DNA of 20,000 nt from an uncultured virus (IMG/VR IMGVR_UViG_3300049442_000166) (lineage: Duplodnaviria; Heunggongvirae; Uroviricota; Caudoviricetes): the IMG/VR virus record IMGVR_UViG_3300049442_000166; one strand, written 5' to 3'. A program made the position numbers and the translations under genes. This document shows, in pieces, positions 15,763 through 20,000 of this stretch. Below the pieces are notes generated by a model. It searched no databases, was not told the DNA's origin, and saw only the letters and a list, made by a program, of their open reading frames with translations. Position 1 is the stretch's first letter. Each line of letters starts with the position of its first letter.

Positions 15763-16298
15763 CAGGTCATCCCCTGGTTGGCATCGATGTAGACACCCAC
15801 GATATTGCGGCGGATCGGGTCAGTGCATTCGAGCTTCACCATGCGCTCGCGGCTCTGGCCCATCTTCAGCCAGCGCAGCCGGCTCAGGTATTCGCCGAGC
15901 CTGCCGATCGAGCGCGGCTTCACCAGCGTGCTCCAGCTTCGGCCACCGTCGTCGCTGACGGTGAGGCGCCACTGCGGATCGGCCGCCGGCCCCGCCCCTT
16001 CGGTGATGAAGTACGGCGTGCAGCCTGGGCCGCCTGTCGCACCGACCACGCCGGTTGGCGCAAACCCGCCGCCAGTGCCGGCGTTCCCGGCAAAGTCCAG
16101 CGGTGGTCCGCGTGTTGTCAGATAGACTGCCGGCGGCCCGGCGAAGGGCAGGGCGCCGTTATCGCCCATCCAGGCAGGGGTGCCGCCTGTCGCGATGAAC
16201 TTGCGCCGGTTGGCCTCGACGGACAGATCGAGGAAGCCGGGTGTCGGCTCGAACACCAGCTCTGCATCAATCAGTGTCCGGGGAGGGGGGAGCGCCAT
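15762..16298 (-). CDS. short gene carrying the gp10-like C-terminal module (178 aa)
   Basis: DAELVF...DLSVEANRRKFI segment followed by DPQWRLTVSDDGGRSWS...SIGRLGEYLSRLRWLKMGQSRER...TDPIRRNIVG, the usual C-terminus of gp10-like hub proteins. TGATG coupling at both ends. Confidence 0.8.
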   Translation of the reverse strand: MALPPPRTLIDAELVFEPTPGFLDLSVEANRRKFIATGGTPAWMGDNGALPFAGPPAVYLTTRGPPLDFAGNAGTGGGFAPTGVVGATGGPGCTPYFITEGAGPAADPQWRLTVSDDGGRSWSTLVKPRSIGRLGEYLSRLRWLKMGQSRERMVKLECTDPIRRNIVGVYIDANQGMT

Positions 16299-17950
16299 CA
16301 GGCCATACCCTGTTCGTCATCGATATAAATACCAATAATGTTCCGTCTGACCGGATCGGTACACTCCAGCTTGATCGAGCGCTGCCGGAAGTGCCCCATC
16401 TTCAGCCAGCGCAGCCGCGTCTTGTAGGCGCCGGTCACGCCGATGTCGCGTGGCTTTACCAACGTCGACCACGTCCGCGATCCGTCGTCGCTGACCGACA
16501 ATCGCCATTGCGGCCTGGACGCGGGGCCAGCCGCTTCGGTGATGAAATACGGCGAGCAGCCCGGTGGTGGGCTCGCCAGTCCCAGCGGGCCATTGCTGAT
16601 AGCGAAGCTGCCGCCAGCACCGTTGTTGTTGGCGAAAGTGGCCGGGTCCGTGCCAAGCGCCGAGAGGTAGACCGGTGGCACTTGGCCGCTGAAGGGGACG
16701 CTGCCGTTCGCTGTCATCCACTGCGGCGTGATGGTGCTGCTGACGAACAGGCGACGGTTGGCTTCCACTGTGAGATCCATGAAGCTGGCGGTGTCGCTGA
16801 ACACCAGCTCGGCATCGGTCAGGGTCTGGCCAGATACTGCGAAGGATATCCCGCAATTCGTATAGGCTGGGCCACGGCCGGCGACGCGCCACTCGACGGC
16901 TTGACCCTCAAGCACCCAGTCTGTGACGCCGTAACCCCTTGGAAGAAGTCCAGGTGAAGTGTTGGTGGTAAGACTGTCCTCGTTTCCGGCAATCAGCTCG
17001 TAAACCCACGGCAATACCCGGACCTCAGGCGCGTCCGGCGTCATAACCATACCGGTCCATGGCGGCGTGCTGGTGACGAGATGCTGGAAGTTGCTTGCGT
17101 TGGTATCGAATGGGGCTGCTGGGTTGGCGAGGTTTTTGAAGACAGTGACATCGCCCAACAGGAAGCCAGGACTGGTGAAGCCGGTGCCGGATATAGAGAG
17201 CGTGGCGCTGACTGGCGTTGGTGCGAGCGCCCACCACACCTCCATGACGTAATTCTTGGATGCAGGCGGAATAGCGCTCGGCATGTACACGGCCGATGTC
17301 TGTCGAGATAGCCGGGTGAACGTCAGGCCGGCGAAGTTGATCGATGTGACGGCCGGTGCCGTTGGGGGTGTGCTGCCAGCCGCTCCCGCATAGCCGACGA
17401 CGCCGACCAACAGCACCGAGTTGGCGGCGGTGGTCGTCACCGTGAAAGAGTTATTTATTGCAGGATAAGTACTGAACGTATTGTCATAGATCGACGCATC
17501 CGTCGCCCCGACTAACATGAGCCCATAGTACATCCCCGTCTGCTGATCACCCGAAGCAGTTGATGGCACATTCTGGACGAATACAGGAGCAAGCGGCAGT
17601 GGCGTCGCGCTCTCGTTGTATCGCGCCCACAGCCGGAACGTGTCGGATGATGCTGCGGAGGTGTTGGTGTAAGCGACCCTGCCGTCGCGTGACTGTTGCC
17701 ATGTGAAGCGGCTTGTTGGTGTTCCATCTAAGGTGATGACGCCATGCGCTGGCGGGGTGACCACATCGATATAGACGTGATTGTTGTTGGTGATGGTGCT
17801 GAGATTATTGTCGTGCGACGTGCTGATGCTGATGACGAAGCCGGTGAAAACGTACGTCCCCCCTGGGGGGATGTCCCCAGCGAAAAAACCGATGCTGAGA
17901 TTATAGGGGTTCAGCAGACCGGTGCGGACGTCTGCGGGCGGGACTGCCAT
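16298..17950 (-). CDS. long gene carrying a second gp10-like C-terminal module plus N-terminal adhesin-like domains (550 aa)
   Basis: The last ~175 aa are paralogous to 15762-16298 (PQWRLSVSDDGSRTWS...TDPVRRNIIG). The N-terminal part has a cadherin/CSPG-repeat-like segment (PPAHGVITLDG...FTWQQSRDGRVAYTN...SDTF) and a beta-rich domain (TTTAANSVLLVGV...EVWWALAP). Confidence 0.8.
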   Translation of the reverse strand: MAVPPADVRTGLLNPYNLSIGFFAGDIPPGGTYVFTGFVISISTSHDNNLSTITNNNHVYIDVVTPPAHGVITLDGTPTSRFTWQQSRDGRVAYTNTSAASSDTFRLWARYNESATPLPLAPVFVQNVPSTASGDQQTGMYYGLMLVGATDASIYDNTFSTYPAINNSFTVTTTAANSVLLVGVVGYAGAAGSTPPTAPAVTSINFAGLTFTRLSRQTSAVYMPSAIPPASKNYVMEVWWALAPTPVSATLSISGTGFTSPGFLLGDVTVFKNLANPAAPFDTNASNFQHLVTSTPPWTGMVMTPDAPEVRVLPWVYELIAGNEDSLTTNTSPGLLPRGYGVTDWVLEGQAVEWRVAGRGPAYTNCGISFAVSGQTLTDAELVFSDTASFMDLTVEANRRLFVSSTITPQWMTANGSVPFSGQVPPVYLSALGTDPATFANNNGAGGSFAISNGPLGLASPPPGCSPYFITEAAGPASRPQWRLSVSDDGSRTWSTLVKPRDIGVTGAYKTRLRWLKMGHFRQRSIKLECTDPVRRNIIGIYIDDEQGMA

Positions 17951-19647
17951 CAGGTGCTCGGGATCAGTGACCAGCTCGACCCGTCATTGCCGATCGGATT
18001 GGTGCTGGACCATGTCAAGGATGTCGCGGTCAGATGCACATCGCCATAGCCGGCCGTGCTGATCCAACACTGGATCGCGTGGGTCGCGGTGTCGCAGGTG
18101 ATGCCAACCCACACCCAGGACGACCACACCGTCCACTGATACTCGGCGTCGACGATCGCGGCACCGCTGGCATCCTTGGCGCGCACGATGATCTGGTTGG
18201 CACCCACGCTGCTGGTGTTGTTGGCGATCTTGATCGTCAGGTTGGTGTTGCCGAAGGTGAGGCCGCGGGTGGTGCCATCGTTCGGCATGAACACCCAGTC
18301 ACTGAACACGAAGTTGCTGTAGGTCGTCGGCAGCCCCAGTAGCGCTCCTGGTGTCGCGATCTGGGTCGGCGTCGTCATAGTGATACCGGCCGGACAGAAC
18401 TCGTTGAGGATCTGCTGCGTGTAGGGCGCCCCCATACCGCTCTCGACGTCGATCTCGAACTTGCGCATGAACACGCGACGGCGGTCGCTGTGCAAAGGCG
18501 GTCCGACCACCAGCGCCCGCATCGTGCTGTCGAACTCGCGGAACACGTTGTTGTTGAGCTGGTCGACCCGGCCCGACAGGCTGTCACCCATCAGCAGCTC
18601 GGGGTAGCGCTCGATTGATGAGCTGTTGTTGACCACGCAGTTGACCCGCCAGCGGCCGATCGAGCTGTCGTGGTTGTCGGCAGTCCAGCTTTCGCGCTCG
18701 TGCCAGCGCTTGGTCGCCAGATCCAACACCCAGGTGGCGTGGGCAGCGGGGAAGGTGATGGCGATCATCTTGTGGCCCATCACCGTGTAGCTGAACGCCT
18801 TGGTGTAGTAGTGACCGGTGTACTTCGCCCACTGCGTTTCGATCGCGTGGTTGCTCTGCCGTTCCGGCGCGAACCCATTTAGTTTGTAAAACACCAGATC
18901 GTCGCCGAGGAAGAACATCGTGTTGTCTTCCAGCACGATGCTGTAAGGCGCCATCAGTCCACGCTGCACCAGGGCGCCCGAGCTGCGCGAGAACGGGAAG
19001 GCCGGGGTCGGGTTGCCGGCGTCGTACCACACTTCGAGGCGCCGCTCGCCGCAGATGAACAGCTGCTCGTGGCAGTTGGCCGCGGCGACGACGAGGTCGC
19101 TGGTGGCTTCCTTGCTGGCGAACATCGCGCCATTGAGCGGATCGGTGCCATTCCACTGCGGCGGCGAGATGAAGAACTGCTGCGTGCCACGGCGGATGAA
19201 CACAAAATACGTGTCGAAGTAGGTGACAGTGGTGCTGGGGAAGAAGTTAGGATCGGTGATCTGGTGGATGCCGGTCGTCGTGTTGTAGGTCCACCCTGTC
19301 ACGCCATCCACCCAGCAGATCGTGACGCCGTTGTTGTCGATGCTGCAGCCGTTGGTGCTGACCGAGGTGTGACCGAGATACACCGAGACACCATTGTGCT
19401 CGATGCGGAACAGGCTGTCACCGGTCAGCGCGTAGACCTTGCCGCCCATCGAGGTGAAATTGATGATCGGGCCGCTGCCGCAGTTGGCGAACGGCGATGT
19501 GCCGGGGTGCATGAAGATGCCGATGTTCGCCTTGCTGCGAGCGTCGGGGATCTCCTGCTCGGCGAACATATTGACCACCCGGCTCGCGTTCAGCGGCAGG
19601 GAATTCGTCGTGTAACTCTGCGCGATCCAGTCCGCTACTTGCGGAAT
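17950..19647 (-). CDS. packaged DNA stabilization/tail hub protein, P22 gp10-like, lacking the usual C-terminal module; start uncertain (candidate ATT at 19647, first canonical GTG at 19578)
   Basis: QSY...SLPLNASRVVNMFAE, ITDPNF...VTYFDTYFVF, FASKEATSD, LEVWYDAG...FPFSR, SNHAIE, TWVLDLATKRWHER and FEIDVESGMG are gp10-family landmarks. Confidence 0.85.
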   Translation of the reverse strand: MPQVADWIAQSYTTNSLPLNASRVVNMFAEQEIPDARSKANIGIFMHPGTSPFANCGSGPIINFTSMGGKVYALTGDSLFRIEHNGVSVYLGHTSVSTNGCSIDNNGVTICWVDGVTGWTYNTTTGIHQITDPNFFPSTTVTYFDTYFVFIRRGTQQFFISPPQWNGTDPLNGAMFASKEATSDLVVAAANCHEQLFICGERRLEVWYDAGNPTPAFPFSRSSGALVQRGLMAPYSIVLEDNTMFFLGDDLVFYKLNGFAPERQSNHAIETQWAKYTGHYYTKAFSYTVMGHKMIAITFPAAHATWVLDLATKRWHERESWTADNHDSSIGRWRVNCVVNNSSSIERYPELLMGDSLSGRVDQLNNNVFREFDSTMRALVVGPPLHSDRRRVFMRKFEIDVESGMGAPYTQQILNEFCPAGITMTTPTQIATPGALLGLPTTYSNFVFSDWVFMPNDGTTRGLTFGNTNLTIKIANNTSSVGANQIIVRAKDASGAAIVDAEYQWTVWSSWVWVGITCDTATHAIQCWISTAGYGDVHLTATSLTWSSTNPIGNDGSSWSLIPST

Positions 19648-19673
19648 GACACATACTCCGATAAAGATTGTCT

Positions 19674-20000
19674 ATGGTTTACAAGAGACTGCCATCTCGG
19701 CGACAGCTCAGCCAGTTGTTCAGCTACGACCCAGACACCGGGCTTCTGACGCGCAGGTCCGGCAAGGTGGTCAAACCGCAACCGAGCCAGAAATACACAT
19801 CGGTTCCGATGGGTCATAACACCAGATTTCAGGCCCATCGGATCATTTGGAAGATGGTCACTGGCCGCGAGCCGACCATACTCGACCACATCAATCGGGA
19901 TGGGAACGACAACCGGTGGTCGAACCTCAGACAATGCACTTGGTCGCAGAGCAACGCCAACCGTCGGAGCATAGACCGAGGCAGCGCCCTTAGGGGGGTC
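19674..20000 (+). CDS. second free-standing HNH endonuclease (3' truncated by the window edge; absent from the ORF track)
   Basis: Manual translation from ATG 19674 gives MVYKRLPSRRQLSQLFSYDPDTGLLTRR...FQAHRIIWKMVTGREPTILDHINRDGNDNRWSNLRQCTWSQSNANRR...LRGV, open to the end of the window. Confidence 0.9.
   Translation, partial: MVYKRLPSRRQLSQLFSYDPDTGLLTRRSGKVVKPQPSQKYTSVPMGHNTRFQAHRIIWKMVTGREPTILDHINRDGNDNRWSNLRQCTWSQSNANRRSIDRGSALRGV

Noticed and set aside
15762..16830. Diversity-generating retroelement TR/VR pair or invertible shufflon for the duplicated module
   Set aside because: Both copies are intact coding regions in direct orientation. The differences are not adenine-specific and include indels, and no reverse transcriptase or invertase is in the window.
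17935..17990. Programmed frameshift fusing the hub ORF to the 550-aa ORF
   Set aside because: Fusion needs a -1 shift and no X-XXY-YYZ slippery heptamer precedes the stop. The same TGATG overlap recurs at 16298, 15762 and 10683, which fits ordinary translational coupling.
19635..19934. 99-aa - strand ORF upstream of the hub gene
   Set aside because: It is the antisense shadow of the + strand HNH gene starting at 19674.

Overview
This window is part of a GC-rich tailed phage or prophage, most likely a podovirus with a P22-like tail and ejection module and probably an alphaproteobacterial host (inferred from protein families only). The left arm (1-6718, + strand) holds a partial beta-helix surface-type protein, then three signal-peptide/PEP-CTERM genes (two of them close paralogs) with small membrane or coiled-coil ORFs. 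These are followed by early-type genes: conserved phage hypotheticals, a DnaQ-like exonuclease homolog lacking its catalytic residues, and a putative recombination protein. The right arm (6722-19647, - strand) is a virion module: gp10-like tail hub, two genes each ending in the gp10 C-terminal module, a needle-position gene, a GNAT protein, a gp7-like and two large ejection proteins (one with a lytic-transglycosylase-like domain), and a tail-collar protein. Two free-standing HNH genes sit antisense within or beside this module. The most notable observations are: (1) the gp10-like hub appears split inside an inserted domain, with its C-terminal half supplied by two alternative paralogous genes; (2) a phage-borne cluster of PEP-CTERM exosortase substrates; (3) the hub gene seems to lack a canonical start codon (candidate ATT). 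All family calls come from motif recognition by eye, not from database searches.
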